From a virus, in the IMG/VR virus record IMGVR_UViG_3300042868_005134, positions 303,636-367,635 of that record: a DNA stretch of 64,000 nt, one strand, 5' to 3'. The stretch's first letter is position 1; the number at the start of each line of letters is the position of its first letter. Position numbers and translations under genes: made by a program. The notes below the pieces were generated by a model, which worked only from the letters and a program-made list of their open reading frames with translations, was not told the DNA's origin and searched no databases. Of the stretch, positions 11,701 through 21,837 are shown piece after piece.

Positions 11701-12985
11701 AATCGCCAGCATTACTAAAATTCCAAGTATGCCCCGCTACTTGAATATCTAAGTAGATTGGTTCTAGTGCTGACCCTAATGCCAACCATGCAGTTCGTAC
11801 TGATTGAGCAAGCGGTATCCATTCTGGTCGTATAGCAGGATCAGTAGATAATAGCAATGCATTGTAAGAGTTTGGTCCTGCTGGCCAGCCATCGCCTTCA
11901 TAGCTGTCTGCCGCAAATGCCGCGTTCAACTGTTCTCTACTATTATCATAGGCGAGTTCTAAATCTTGTAACACACTGATGTCACCAACTGCTACAGTTG
12001 CCGAGTCTGGCAATGTTAGTTTACCATCTGTGCCAAACTTCCAAGTGTATTGGTCAATGCCGCTTAGTGTACGAACGAATACAGATTTGTTTGATGAGCC
12101 TAACACTATACCAGGATCAGTATTGTCATTTAAAGTTATAACACCATCTTGTAATACTATAGTTCCCGGAACTGTTAGCATACCTATTTCATCTAATACA
12201 AGTTCTGAAGTACCGTTAACTAATCTATCAGTAATGCCGGTAATGCTAACAGCACTGACCCACTGATTGTTATAGTACACATACAGGTTGCCGTCATTCA
12301 TGTTCCACCAGACGTTACCTTCTGTAAGTGGATTTGGCGCACTTAAAGAAAATTGTACTTGCGTTCCTGGATCGCCTTGCGGCCCTGGATCGCCATTAGT
12401 GCCATTAATTCCAGCTAGCCCTCTAGGTCCTTGCTCGCCTTGTGGTCCCGTTTCACCGTTTGTTCCATTCGTTCCGTTTGTGCCAGGATCGCCTTGATCA
12501 CCCTTAATGCCACGTGGTCCTTGTGCGCCAACTTCACCTTGAATTCCTTGTGCTCCGTCAAGGCCGTTTGCACCAGCATCTCCTTGATCACCTTTTAATC
12601 CACGTGGTCCAACTTCTCCTTGCGCACCAGTTTCTCCCGTAAACCCGCGAGGTCCAATATCTCCTGTGTTGCCTTTGAGACCTCTGATTCCGGCTGGACC
12701 TTCTAGACCTTGTGGTCCAATTTCACCTTGCGGTCCTTGTACTCCTGCATTCGCACTGGTCCACACACCTGAATAGTAAACATACAGATTACCATCGGTT
12801 GTATCCCACCACAAATCGCCTTCGCCTGGCGATACTGGCGGACTTGCTGATGTACTAACTACGCCAGTTGCAATTACACTACTGTAAAGTTCAGTAAAGT
12901 TGTCATTTACTTTGTCAAAAGCTGTACGCAACGGATCGCCATTGCCACTATCTGCTGTACCTAAATTTATTGATTGTTGTGACAT
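8747..12985 (-). CDS. Tail fibre protein with a collagen-like Gly-X-Y segment (1412 aa)
   Basis: The N-terminus is MSQQSINLGTADSGNGDPLRTAFDKVNDNFTELY. About 130 aa of uninterrupted GxY triplets (GPQGEIGPQGLEGPAGIRG...) are encoded near 12.30–12.72 kb. It also has several 'W.F..DG.LTFPD.TVQTTA' repeats. Confidence 0.75.
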   Translation of the reverse strand: MSQQSINLGTADSGNGDPLRTAFDKVNDNFTELYSSVIATGVVSTSASPPVSPGEGDLWWDTTDGNLYVYYSGVWTSANAGVQGPQGEIGPQGLEGPAGIRGLKGNTGDIGPRGFTGETGAQGEVGPRGLKGDQGDAGANGLDGAQGIQGEVGAQGPRGIKGDQGDPGTNGTNGTNGETGPQGEQGPRGLAGINGTNGDPGPQGDPGTQVQFSLSAPNPLTEGNVWWNMNDGNLYVYYNNQWVSAVSITGITDRLVNGTSELVLDEIGMLTVPGTIVLQDGVITLNDNTDPGIVLGSSNKSVFVRTLSGIDQYTWKFGTDGKLTLPDSATVAVGDISVLQDLELAYDNSREQLNAAFAADSYEGDGWPAGPNSYNALLLSTDPAIRPEWIPLAQSVRTAWLALGSALEPIYLDIQVAGHTWNFSNAGDLSVPGNKAIKGFDNLQLNVDGGGGKTAVVEIDGYNSKVLIKTTTPGAGIIDDAWTFGDAGELTLPVGGVIQTLTTPEVGTRLTDIPGWIRADINAKTAGFWMDTTPQSLKDAMDATGLVDWQFNPDGTTDYYTVLAAEYVEGNTILELTFDANLPLESAPYSVESPNYSTRTSSNISILANENEWTFDTDGNLTTPVGLRFGGANGHAEITNTSPNGSLYIVHTGLNQLVVEWTAGNNQLPVGEDVQTAGIYAGVTGLNIGLLNDQDVSHSWQFAGDGSLRIPGDIRSLGNINIDIDPAGPTLQRWTFSNDGALTFPDSTVQTTAWTGSVNSLVNGVHTATLDNYGHLVLSQGNIEGTTGVGIWANDPAQPDYPVVWAFDNIEEGTGNPTHRKGIIQLPFLQLIESWHNNIRLTNPGLSSITMSGDVVIRAKQQADGDYKTWGFGTDGTLTLPGDSNGTIGENATGLAITSEREFSIFANSVESFKLWRFGTDGALTLPADSSILTNETALNIATHSTTTYTFNQAYWEALNANVTRMFTPSSNAQYFACTVTANQNGTYTVDVTGIGNGFNPGNWFKIPGNELGGTTPANDIQITVATINGGGGILTTTITGTAVGKQWQFGTTGGLTFPDNTVQSTAYPGIFTGYDYEIHVSQTDGNDTSGNGDLLKPVASITKALTLISGQRRTIIIHPGTYTESPTITVQYTVLTTFEPLGGNTAIIGTVSTSVGCTITGLTIENLTITAGTGVGVPNIINCNISGTLTKSGNATFTDIHNCDIGTACNITGNGLVTINDGNPSFVTVNNAGASVIIKNSMSCIAPSVIAGTLNVVDAVVIAAVTNAVTSSASTVVSLANCQILTSALTAVAPVSLSGFYSIFNCVFDKPNSTLASSSGTGGSTNSIDYFQYINADRLILASGGQITFPDATVQTTAYQKVAVPAHSYGAAGDQAGMLAFDSTYIYYCTANYVNDTTDIWKRTAHGAGTW

Positions 12986-12999
12986 TGTTATTTCCTATA

Positions 13000-15900
13000 T
13001 TAAGCGAATGTAGCATCTAAGTTATACCAGTCGCCACCTACCCCACTAGTTGCTCCCAGTCCGCAAATGAATTCCAATCCAGCACCGGGGACAATGGGAG
13101 CTGCACTAGGATCATCGGCAGCGCCGCCATTAATAGTAGCGCCGGCTTCTGGGTATATTGCCAGGTCGTTTAATCCATTATTTCTAATAAAGATTTTATA
13201 TCCTGCCACAGCCACAGGCAATTGAACCTTGCCGCCCAGCGGGCATACAGTAATTATGTTAATATCTTTTGAGATTAACGTACCAGTGCCAGTAGTGATA
13301 GCTGTCACTGAACTATTAACACTAAATTGAGCGTGCCCACTTATGCTTAAACTGGTCAACGTGCCCACACTGGTCAAACTAGAATTTATCACAGTACTTG
13401 CCAATGTAGTTCCAGTTAGTGAATTAGCATCCCCATCAGGAATTACAAGTTCATTCCATACCGGTGGAAACCCGGTACCTTGACTTTTTAGATACCTACC
13501 CGATGTTCCAGGCGCTAAGAATGTGGTGGCATCAACAGCACTTTGATAAGGAATATAACCAACTAATCCGCCTGCCAAGTTAGTGGCTGTTGTTGCTGAT
13601 GAAGCTGTGCCAGTTAAATTGCCTATAAATGTAGTAGCATATACCGTATTGAATTTGTTAGCACTGTTACCTAAATTACTTGTTGCATCTGTTTTAACTA
13701 TACTACTTGCTGCCGCTGTTTGACTTACACTTTGTACACCCAAGTACACAACAGTATCTATATTTGAAACTGTGGGACTAGTTGGTTCCACTGTAAATGA
13801 CAAGTCGTTAGCGGGTGTTGCGCCACCCAATAACAAACCTGACACAAACAACTGATCACCTTCAGCATAACCCTGCCCGCCGTATGTCACCGCAACACCA
13901 GAATATGATCCGCCACTGCGACCCACAGTTACTCTTGCTCCAACACCACTGCCTGAAATACCGCTTACTGGAATATCCAAGAAATCTCCAGAGCCGCTTA
14001 TGGCAACACCTGCTATGGTAATAAAACTAGATGACGTTTTTAAACTGTTGACTCGACGAGTCATTACAAAAGCACCGTCATCCACTGCGGTAAACAAACT
14101 GTTAATACCATTCTGAACAATGCCACTGGCTGAAACTTCTTGAACAGATGCCGCTGAGCCAGTCAAGTTTCCTAAAATAGTACCTGCTGCAACGTCTTGT
14201 ATTTCTGCGTAGACAATGCCTTTGTCTTTAATAGTAACAGCACCAGCTGTAACACTAAAGTTGTCTGTGCTAAAACTTGCTTTACCTAACGCACTATCTG
14301 TTGCAGTATCTACATAGGCAGTCACGTTGGTTAAGGCAAGTTTAGTTTGCTCAATAGCAGCAATGGCACTAACGTCAGCATTAACTATTACACCTGGTTG
14401 TATTTGTAAATTAATACTGCTATTGTCTAATCCAATTACCGTAGCACCGGTCAAATGATCTGCTGCCACTGTCAAGAACTTGGCTCGTGTCACTCCATCG
14501 AAACGGTTTGACACAGGAGTTGTTCCTGAATATTGAAATACTTCACTGTCAATTTTTATAAAACCTGAAATTGGAAATCCAGTGATGTCCACTATGGTAA
14601 TAGTACTGGCAGTACTTGCAAGCAGATAATCAGCAGTTATGGTAGACATATTTGAACTGGTAAATGTTCCTCCGATGTCTCCACTTAAACTGGTACTAAC
14701 TACATGCTTGCCAGCACCAGTAAACGCCATGATGTCTCCAGCACCGGGAGTCATTAGATTAACTTCTTTCAGTTCTGTCAATTGATCGAATGCTGCAACC
14801 TGTAAGTCCACATAGGCTTTTGAAGTAGCTTCATCGTTACTTATTGGTGTAAGCGATAGATTGAAAATTCTGTGGTTTGAGCCACCGCCGCCCATATCCA
14901 AATCAGCACTCAGTTGTGGGCTGTTGTACACTGATAAGAATCCACCAGTCAATGTTGGAATTCTATCAGCTGCAGGCACAATGGCACCACCGTGTGTGTA
15001 GCCTAATCTCTTGTCAATATAACTTCTAATAGCACTTTCTACGGGTACCGTATCGTCGGCATTGTCAGTCATGGTAGAATCCGTTGAGAATTCTTTCACA
15101 ACCGTACCACGTTTGAACCCAATACCGTCTAAGTTACTCAAGGCAATACTTGCCGCAAATGTAACTGTTCCAGTTCCTTGGTCAACAGTAAAGAACTTAC
15201 CAACACGGAAAATACCAAATTGATCTGTACTTACGTAGAATACACGACCTGAAGTTTCTTCTACAGCTTCGTTAGCTCTTATAGGAGTTTGCGTTGGAGC
15301 ACCCAACAAGTTATTTGGATAATTGGTGGTATTAAAACCACCACTACCTATATCTAAGAAGTCATGACCTGTGGCACGACATGTACTGATATTAACAGTA
15401 ACTTCACCCGGAGAGCTTGCTTGTAAACTTGCTCTCAATGTAGTGCTTCTTGTTTCTGTGAATACAGTTCGTATACCAGTGGCAGTTGGATCAGTGGTTG
15501 GATCTATAATAGTTCCAGCACCCCATGCCTTGGGACTGGATTGAATGGTTATGTGTGCGGGTATAGGACCAGCTGCAACTACATATCCTGTAACAACGTG
15601 CATTCTACCATCCCAACAGAATACCTTATCTCCAGCATTCAGTTTGGCCTTGGTTGAATCACTGGTTATTTCTACCACAGCAATCTTTACATCGCCCACT
15701 GCACTTCCGTAACCACCTGTTAACATGGTAGGATCAGTTTGAATAATTACATGATCGAAACTGTTATCAAATGATAGGATAGCCTGATCACCATAACTGA
15801 TACTGCCAACCGCAGTCGTTCCAGCTGACACAGCAGTACCACTATTTAAATAACTAAATTCAGTTGGACTAACATATGTCACTGACACTGATGTAGTTGT

Positions 15901-18900
15901 GTTGAATGAGGTATTAGCAAGTCCATCCACTGTGGTTATGGTAATATTCACACTTGTACCGCTAGTCAAGCCATGAGGTGTAGTTGTGGTAATAGTTGCC
16001 GTACTTACCACACGCTCGACATATTGTACAGTTCGAGTTGTTAGTAAACTTTCGCCAGTGGGATAAGACAATTGATATGAAAGTGTTCTGTAAACAGTTC
16101 CTTGTAAATCAGCATTTGTAAATTCCAATGCCGTGCTGGGTCGCACTGGTCTAACTCTTTCAACTCCAGTAAACCTAAAGTTTTGTAGTCCACGTATTGT
16201 AACAATTTGATTATTGTCTAATGGAGCATTTAGTCCTGAACCACTAGCAGTGTTTAAATTTAATTTTACGACTGTTCTAGCTTCTTTCGCGGTACCAGTT
16301 CCACTACCTATTCCTGTGGCAATAAATGTTACACCAATAGTGTTAGTTGCTGCGCCGCTGGCTGTAAAGTTTGGACTAGCGTCCAGCGTTAAAATAGTAT
16401 ATCGATAGCCGATAACAAATGAGCCGGGTGTAACGATTGCGCCACTCGGCCCAACACCTTCACCGTAGTCTGTGGTTGTTTCTATATTGCTTATTTCGTA
16501 ACGATCAATGTTGCCCAAGAATGTTCCTGTAATAGTACATAGTGTACCTGCACTTGGAGACTCTGCAGCCGTTGCCATGGCAACACCCTTAACTGTGGGC
16601 CACACACCAGCAGGACTTACACTGTATAATCCACCATCGGATACTGAAACACTAGTAACACCACCACCACCGTTGACAGTTTCAATTCTTAGTCTTGCTA
16701 CAGTACCACCTGGATATAATGTACCTCCAACTATGGTAATAAAATCTCCTGCGGCGTACCCTGATCCAGCTGCTGCTATGGTAACGTTGTTAGGTAACGT
16801 AGTGGTATTGGCAATAAGGCTAGACTTTTTATTACTGTGATCCACTTCGAGTTCACTGACATTATAGATGGAAGGCTGAATAGTTAGTCCAGCGTAGGTA
16901 TAAAAATCAATATAGACGCTTTCTTCATCTGCTAAATTCTTACTGGCAAACGAACCTTCGGAATATACCCTAGCATTTTGTACCATGGTATCACCGAGTA
17001 CAACTGGATCAGGTACTTCATTTGGATCCGAACCTGCAGCACGTAATCCGTATTCTCCGTTACAGCTAGAGCCGTTTAAACTTCGAATTTGTCCACCATT
17101 AAGCGCATAGTAACTGGTCCAGTTATAGTATGTGAATACGCTAACTGCTTCAGCAATTCCGTTATTGGTACAAACAAGTCCATAACCCAAGTCATTAACC
17201 TGTGTAAAGTCATTGGACAACATACTTCTATTACCAGCAGTTTCTATTATAATGCTAACAGGCACGGTGTAGGCTGGTGAATAAGGAGTGGCAATGTCAA
17301 GCAGTACTGTACAAGTGCCGGTGCTACGATTGTAGCTTTCAACAGCATTGATTTGATAACGAGCACCGTTAATATAAAAACTGTTAGGAACTTGAGGTGC
17401 TCTTACAATGAGTCCGTCCAACAATAGTTCTGTAACAGAATTCTTTCCAATAATTCTTGCTGGTAAGTTACCATTAAATCCGTCGATAAACATGCCGCCG
17501 CGGAATGCTTTTTTATTAACACTGCCACTTAGACTTGTTAAGGTTTGGAAATAAGGCGATTTAGTCTGTATTTGACCTTCTGGATCAAGTACACACATGA
17601 ATCCGCCGTGTCCTTGAGCAGTGATGTTTCTCAAAATTGTTCCGTCATTCAACATGAACACATCCATGTCTTTGTTCTGCTTTGGAGGATTATTAACACC
17701 CACAATGGTATTGATAATACCATTAACAAGATCTGCCACCTGTATGTTAGCACCAACTTCACTAGTGCCTCCACTGGTATTTTGTGTGATGGGAGTGACT
17801 ATTCCGCCAACTGTTCCTGATATATTTCGTTTACCAACTGTGGCTCCACTGCCTGCCGGCACACTAGGAGTCGCAATAGTAGTTTTTGGCAGTATCAATT
17901 GAACAAGTTCGTTGATGTAATTGATACCATCAAGCGTTTCTGTCAATTGAGTTGTTATGGCAATTAAAGCACTGGCGTTTCTTCTATAGGCCTGTGCTGC
18001 CGCAATGGTTCTAGTAGTTCCACCATTGGTGATATCGTATACCAATGCGTCAACAATGTAGCCAACATCGCGGGCACACAATGTTTGATTGTAACTGGCG
18101 GCAAATGTCGTGCCATATTTGGCATTGATATACAGTACAGTCTCTACTTGTATAAAAGATTTGTTATTGTTTAACAAACTGGCAGCGTTGGTCCTACCTG
18201 AAGATTTTAAAATACTGTCATCAAAGATGCCACTAACACCACTAGGGTCTGTTAGGTAATGATATCCGAAGTTTGTGTTGGTAGGAGCAAGTCCAGAACT
18301 ATTTAATCCTCGTACTGTGGCACCTAAAAGTGTGACACTTGGAGCATGACCAATTTCAAATTCGGTGGTGCTTATAATTCTTGTCACGGTAGTTGCTGGA
18401 GAAAATGATCCTGTTCCAGCAGTAACATACATGTACATTCCAGTTTCTAATCCTGTTGTACTAGACACTGTAACTTTGTAATAGGCAGGACTTCCCACAT
18501 ACTCTGTATTTGCAGGAACAAAGCTACTGGCCGCACTGGCCGCAGAAGTATACGTTCTGGTCATAGCGTCGAAAGTACTGTCTCTATAAAAATACATTGC
18601 TGCCCATGGGCTGGTACTTACACCTGGAGCTGGTCTGATAATTACACGTCGGAATTCGTCGCCTTTGATAGACACGTTGGTAGGCACACGAATAGGCATC
18701 TGTTCGTAGTAAATACCACTTTCTACTCTGACGGTAATTTGTAATTCAGGAACAGGCTGACCAAATTCTAGTGGTTCGTCATCTAAAAATTCTAATGCTG
18801 TGCCGTTGCCGCTTAGGCCGTATTGTACAATATTTGTAATACTGGCTACTAGTCTAGTTATCAATGTTCCGGCAGCTGCTTCTCCTGCTGTGCCTAGGGT

Positions 18901-20766
18901 GTTTTGTGTACTGGGCACAGCTCTAAAACCAAAACCGGTCGAAGTAGTTGCGACAGGAATAACAGTATTGGTGATAATCTGCTGAGCAAGCAAGTTGATA
19001 TAATTGATACCATCGATAGTTTCAGTTACTTGTCCTGCCGGTAACACTGAAACTGCACCATTAAAGTAAGCTCTTGCGGCACGTATGGTCCTGGTGTTTC
19101 CGCCATACCTAGTATCAAATACTAGCGCATCAACAATGATCCCAGTATCTCTGCTGCACTTTATTTCGTCAAATATCAAACTAGGGTATTTGTCCTTGAT
19201 GTATTCAACTACTTCGGCGGCAATAAATGCTCTATTATCTTCTAAATTTTGCGCGGCGTACTTGTAGTCTGATTGAAAATATGTAACATCATCTATGGTA
19301 TGAAGCAACTCTACAAGATAAGAATCAGTAAGACTAACTGGAGCAGTATATGTGATAACACGACCTGTGGCACCACTACGTATGCCTTTAACAATACTGC
19401 CTTCTCTCAAATCTCTGTTATTGGCGTCTTTACTCTGATCCACTCCGCCGCCATTAGTATAAACATTTAATGTTCTACGCACACCTGTGCCTGTACTAAA
19501 ACTATCTAAATAGGCAAAGTTTGTGTTGTTGCCGTATGTTATTTGTTGTCTATATGGACCAGGTTCTGTGAGTGATTGATTTATTAAATCTTCAGCACGT
19601 TGACAGGCTCTATTTATGGTGGCAAACGCATAGGCAAATGCTCTACCTTGTTTTTCCAAAGGTACATTGTCCTGATCATCTATGCCTGAATTGGCCACAA
19701 ACAAATTGGATTGGCTGGCAAAACTGGAACTGTCCACGTAGAATTTTGTAGCTGCCTGTAAATCATCTGTTCCGTTGGGACTACCTTGTCCTGCAAATTC
19801 TCCAGGATGGTCGTGCAAATATAATGCGCCAGCCATGTGATCACCTTGTCTTCGCACAACTGATTTTCTAGGCAATGCTTCATTGCTGACCCAGAAACCG
19901 TCTAGTTCATATCCGTCCTCATCTTCGGTCATGTACATGGCATCAGTTAGATATTCTGTACCTCTGTCAATTGCGGGAACGTTGGGATCGTTCACTATAA
20001 TTCTAGCAATATCATCAATGGCGTTGTCTCTAGTCAAGTAAACGCCCATTCTATCTTTGGTAATGTATCTTAAATAATATGTGTCACCGATAGTTAAACC
20101 TGTGGCAGGAGCACTTCCTGTAATACTGTATACATAGGCAATACCGTTGCTACCACTGTTAAATCCATGATCGGGGATACTGGCATAACCATTTACCCAT
20201 AAATCTATAATGATTGTATATTCGGAAGCATTCAAAGGTTCGTCACGAATACGAATTTGACTGCCAGTACCGGGTCCACCATTGGCTTGTAGGTACCGTT
20301 GGTCAGCATAACCTTTGTTGATAACAAGGTCGTCTGCGGTAAGCGATGTGCTGTGTAAAGCATTGAATAACACCGCAGTTTCGTCTGTAGGTTCGGCCAA
20401 ATTTCCAATTGTAAAATTTTGTGCGTTTAAGTGCCCGCCTAGATTGGGTCTAATATCATTACCAACTTTACCACCAGTGCTGATAATACGTATTTGATTT
20501 TCATCAGTATGATCAACACTGATGCCTTCGCCGCCTACTAGTTCTTTAGCAACGAGACTGTCCCCTTCAGCATTGGAAACAATTACCTGATCGGCACCAT
20601 ATGTTTCAGGCGTGTCATCTAGATCTTTAAAGCTGATGGTATCACCAGCGCCAAAGATAGAAAATAATTGTACAAAGTTTTCATTAACTTTACGGAAAGA
20701 TTCGCGAATACTATCGCCGGTGCCGTCATTACCTTGTACACCAATATCAACGTTTTGTCTTGCCAT
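13000..20766 (-). CDS. Giant tail fibre / adhesin protein (2588 aa)
   Basis: The N-terminus MARQNVDIGVQGNDGTGDSIRESFRKVNENFVQLF is the same motif seen in the 1412-aa protein and the partial fibre gene at the window start. It is a single uninterrupted 7.8-kb ORF. Confidence 0.75.
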   Translation of the reverse strand: MARQNVDIGVQGNDGTGDSIRESFRKVNENFVQLFSIFGAGDTISFKDLDDTPETYGADQVIVSNAEGDSLVAKELVGGEGISVDHTDENQIRIISTGGKVGNDIRPNLGGHLNAQNFTIGNLAEPTDETAVLFNALHSTSLTADDLVINKGYADQRYLQANGGPGTGSQIRIRDEPLNASEYTIIIDLWVNGYASIPDHGFNSGSNGIAYVYSITGSAPATGLTIGDTYYLRYITKDRMGVYLTRDNAIDDIARIIVNDPNVPAIDRGTEYLTDAMYMTEDEDGYELDGFWVSNEALPRKSVVRRQGDHMAGALYLHDHPGEFAGQGSPNGTDDLQAATKFYVDSSSFASQSNLFVANSGIDDQDNVPLEKQGRAFAYAFATINRACQRAEDLINQSLTEPGPYRQQITYGNNTNFAYLDSFSTGTGVRRTLNVYTNGGGVDQSKDANNRDLREGSIVKGIRSGATGRVITYTAPVSLTDSYLVELLHTIDDVTYFQSDYKYAAQNLEDNRAFIAAEVVEYIKDKYPSLIFDEIKCSRDTGIIVDALVFDTRYGGNTRTIRAARAYFNGAVSVLPAGQVTETIDGINYINLLAQQIITNTVIPVATTSTGFGFRAVPSTQNTLGTAGEAAAGTLITRLVASITNIVQYGLSGNGTALEFLDDEPLEFGQPVPELQITVRVESGIYYEQMPIRVPTNVSIKGDEFRRVIIRPAPGVSTSPWAAMYFYRDSTFDAMTRTYTSAASAASSFVPANTEYVGSPAYYKVTVSSTTGLETGMYMYVTAGTGSFSPATTVTRIISTTEFEIGHAPSVTLLGATVRGLNSSGLAPTNTNFGYHYLTDPSGVSGIFDDSILKSSGRTNAASLLNNNKSFIQVETVLYINAKYGTTFAASYNQTLCARDVGYIVDALVYDITNGGTTRTIAAAQAYRRNASALIAITTQLTETLDGINYINELVQLILPKTTIATPSVPAGSGATVGKRNISGTVGGIVTPITQNTSGGTSEVGANIQVADLVNGIINTIVGVNNPPKQNKDMDVFMLNDGTILRNITAQGHGGFMCVLDPEGQIQTKSPYFQTLTSLSGSVNKKAFRGGMFIDGFNGNLPARIIGKNSVTELLLDGLIVRAPQVPNSFYINGARYQINAVESYNRSTGTCTVLLDIATPYSPAYTVPVSIIIETAGNRSMLSNDFTQVNDLGYGLVCTNNGIAEAVSVFTYYNWTSYYALNGGQIRSLNGSSCNGEYGLRAAGSDPNEVPDPVVLGDTMVQNARVYSEGSFASKNLADEESVYIDFYTYAGLTIQPSIYNVSELEVDHSNKKSSLIANTTTLPNNVTIAAAGSGYAAGDFITIVGGTLYPGGTVARLRIETVNGGGGVTSVSVSDGGLYSVSPAGVWPTVKGVAMATAAESPSAGTLCTITGTFLGNIDRYEISNIETTTDYGEGVGPSGAIVTPGSFVIGYRYTILTLDASPNFTASGAATNTIGVTFIATGIGSGTGTAKEARTVVKLNLNTASGSGLNAPLDNNQIVTIRGLQNFRFTGVERVRPVRPSTALEFTNADLQGTVYRTLSYQLSYPTGESLLTTRTVQYVERVVSTATITTTTPHGLTSGTSVNITITTVDGLANTSFNTTTSVSVTYVSPTEFSYLNSGTAVSAGTTAVGSISYGDQAILSFDNSFDHVIIQTDPTMLTGGYGSAVGDVKIAVVEITSDSTKAKLNAGDKVFCWDGRMHVVTGYVVAAGPIPAHITIQSSPKAWGAGTIIDPTTDPTATGIRTVFTETRSTTLRASLQASSPGEVTVNISTCRATGHDFLDIGSGGFNTTNYPNNLLGAPTQTPIRANEAVEETSGRVFYVSTDQFGIFRVGKFFTVDQGTGTVTFAASIALSNLDGIGFKRGTVVKEFSTDSTMTDNADDTVPVESAIRSYIDKRLGYTHGGAIVPAADRIPTLTGGFLSVYNSPQLSADLDMGGGGSNHRIFNLSLTPISNDEATSKAYVDLQVAAFDQLTELKEVNLMTPGAGDIMAFTGAGKHVVSTSLSGDIGGTFTSSNMSTITADYLLASTASTITIVDITGFPISGFIKIDSEVFQYSGTTPVSNRFDGVTRAKFLTVAADHLTGATVIGLDNSSINLQIQPGVIVNADVSAIAAIEQTKLALTNVTAYVDTATDSALGKASFSTDNFSVTAGAVTIKDKGIVYAEIQDVAAGTILGNLTGSAASVQEVSASGIVQNGINSLFTAVDDGAFVMTRRVNSLKTSSSFITIAGVAISGSGDFLDIPVSGISGSGVGARVTVGRSGGSYSGVAVTYGGQGYAEGDQLFVSGLLLGGATPANDLSFTVEPTSPTVSNIDTVVYLGVQSVSQTAAASSIVKTDATSNLGNSANKFNTVYATTFIGNLTGTASSATTATNLAGGLVGYIPYQSAVDATTFLAPGTSGRYLKSQGTGFPPVWNELVIPDGDANSLTGTTLASTVINSSLTSVGTLTSLSISGHAQFSVNSSVTAITTGTGTLISKDINIITVCPLGGKVQLPVAVAGYKIFIRNNGLNDLAIYPEAGATINGGAADDPSAAPIVPGAGLEFICGLGATSGVGGDWYNLDATFA

Positions 20767-20767
20767 T

Positions 20768-21121
20768 TTATTCCCCTACGTGATCGTAGAACTCATCTGC
20801 TACTGAAAAACTGCTTCCGCAACCGCATGTTGTTTGTGCGTTGGGATTTTTGATAGAAAACGTAGCGCCCATAAGATCTTCTTTATAATCTATTTCAGCA
20901 TCGTTTAAGTATGTCATACTCATGCTGTCCACAAGCAAAGAAACGCCTGATTTTTCAATACTGAAATCGTCATCGTTTTGTGCTTCGTCAAAGGTAAACC
21001 CATAGCTCATGCCGCTACAGCCCCCGCCTTGTACAAAAACACGCAATTTTAAGTTAGGATTGCTTTCTTCGGCTATTAAGTCTTTGATTTTTTCTACGCA
21101 AGAATCTGATAGTGTTAACAT
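20768..21121 (-). CDS. A-type iron-sulfur cluster carrier (IscA/ErpA/HesB family)
   Basis: It has the conserved 'GGGCSG ... C-G-C-G-S-S-F' cysteine motif of the family. Its length of 117 aa is typical. Confidence 0.8.
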   Translation of the reverse strand: MLTLSDSCVEKIKDLIAEESNPNLKLRVFVQGGGCSGMSYGFTFDEAQNDDDFSIEKSGVSLLVDSMSMTYLNDAEIDYKEDLMGATFSIKNPNAQTTCGCGSSFSVADEFYDHVGE

Positions 21122-21179
21122 GTTTTTCCCTTTATAGAATATTTATCGTATATTTTTATAACCTTAATGTAAATAGTGT

Positions 21180-21467
21180 ATGTACTTGAGTAAAGAATAC
21201 CGAACAATAACCTATACCAGAACCAGTAAGTTAGGGCATGAGCATGAGTATACCCGCACTCGAACTCTATTAATGTTTAGGTGTGACAATTGCGGCGAAC
21301 TGTTCACTAGACTCAAAGAGAAGATGAGTCCGGCAAGATTAAGCAATAATTATTTTCATTGTTGCGAGCACTGCGATGTCAAACGATTCGCACAAAAGAA
21401 AGGCGCAGAGCGTAGGACTATATGGGATAAGCCAGCAAGTAGCCTTGATGATATTAGCAAGATATAA
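21180..21467 (+). CDS. Small zinc-ribbon-like protein
   Basis: It has CDNCG...HCCEHCD cysteine and histidine pairs. It is the first gene of a short plus-strand island. Confidence 0.5.
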   Translation: MYLSKEYRTITYTRTSKLGHEHEYTRTRTLLMFRCDNCGELFTRLKEKMSPARLSNNYFHCCEHCDVKRFAQKKGAERRTIWDKPASSLDDISKI

Positions 21468-21492
21468 ATAAATCATTAAGGAGGAACACAGA

Positions 21493-21837
21493 ATGTTCAA
21501 CACAATTAAAGAGTTTATTTTTGGAAAACCAGCACCAGTGGCTGATGTAGTTGCACCCGGTGGTGCACCATACAAAATCGATCCTGTTGTATCAGGTGAA
21601 GATAGAACTGGAGTTGCTAAGGAAACTCCAAGTCATATACAAAATGAACAACGTCAGCACACCGCAACAGTAGCAGAACACGTAGTTATTCCGGCCGGTA
21701 CAGAAGCTTCAATTGCAGCACCTGTTAAGCAGCCACGTACTCCTAAAGCAGTTATAGAAAAGACAGTCGTAAAAAAAGCGGCCCCTGTTAAGAAGGCCGC
21801 CGCCATTAAAGCTGCCCCTAAGTCAAAGAAGGTCTAA
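21493..21837 (+). CDS. Lys/Ala/Pro-rich basic protein, possibly histone-H1-like or DNA-binding
   Basis: A strong Shine-Dalgarno sequence (AAGGAGGAACACAGA) precedes the ATG. The C-terminus carries KKAAPVKKAAAIKAAPKSKK repeats. Confidence 0.6.
   Translation: MFNTIKEFIFGKPAPVADVVAPGGAPYKIDPVVSGEDRTGVAKETPSHIQNEQRQHTATVAEHVVIPAGTEASIAAPVKQPRTPKAVIEKTVVKKAAPVKKAAAIKAAPKSKKV

Noticed and set aside
2041-20497. Many 60–150-aa plus-strand ORFs in the track across the fibre genes
   Set aside because: They lie antisense to long, clearly coding minus-strand ORFs and have a low-complexity Pro/Ser/Thr-rich composition typical of reverse-frame artefacts. None has an RBS.
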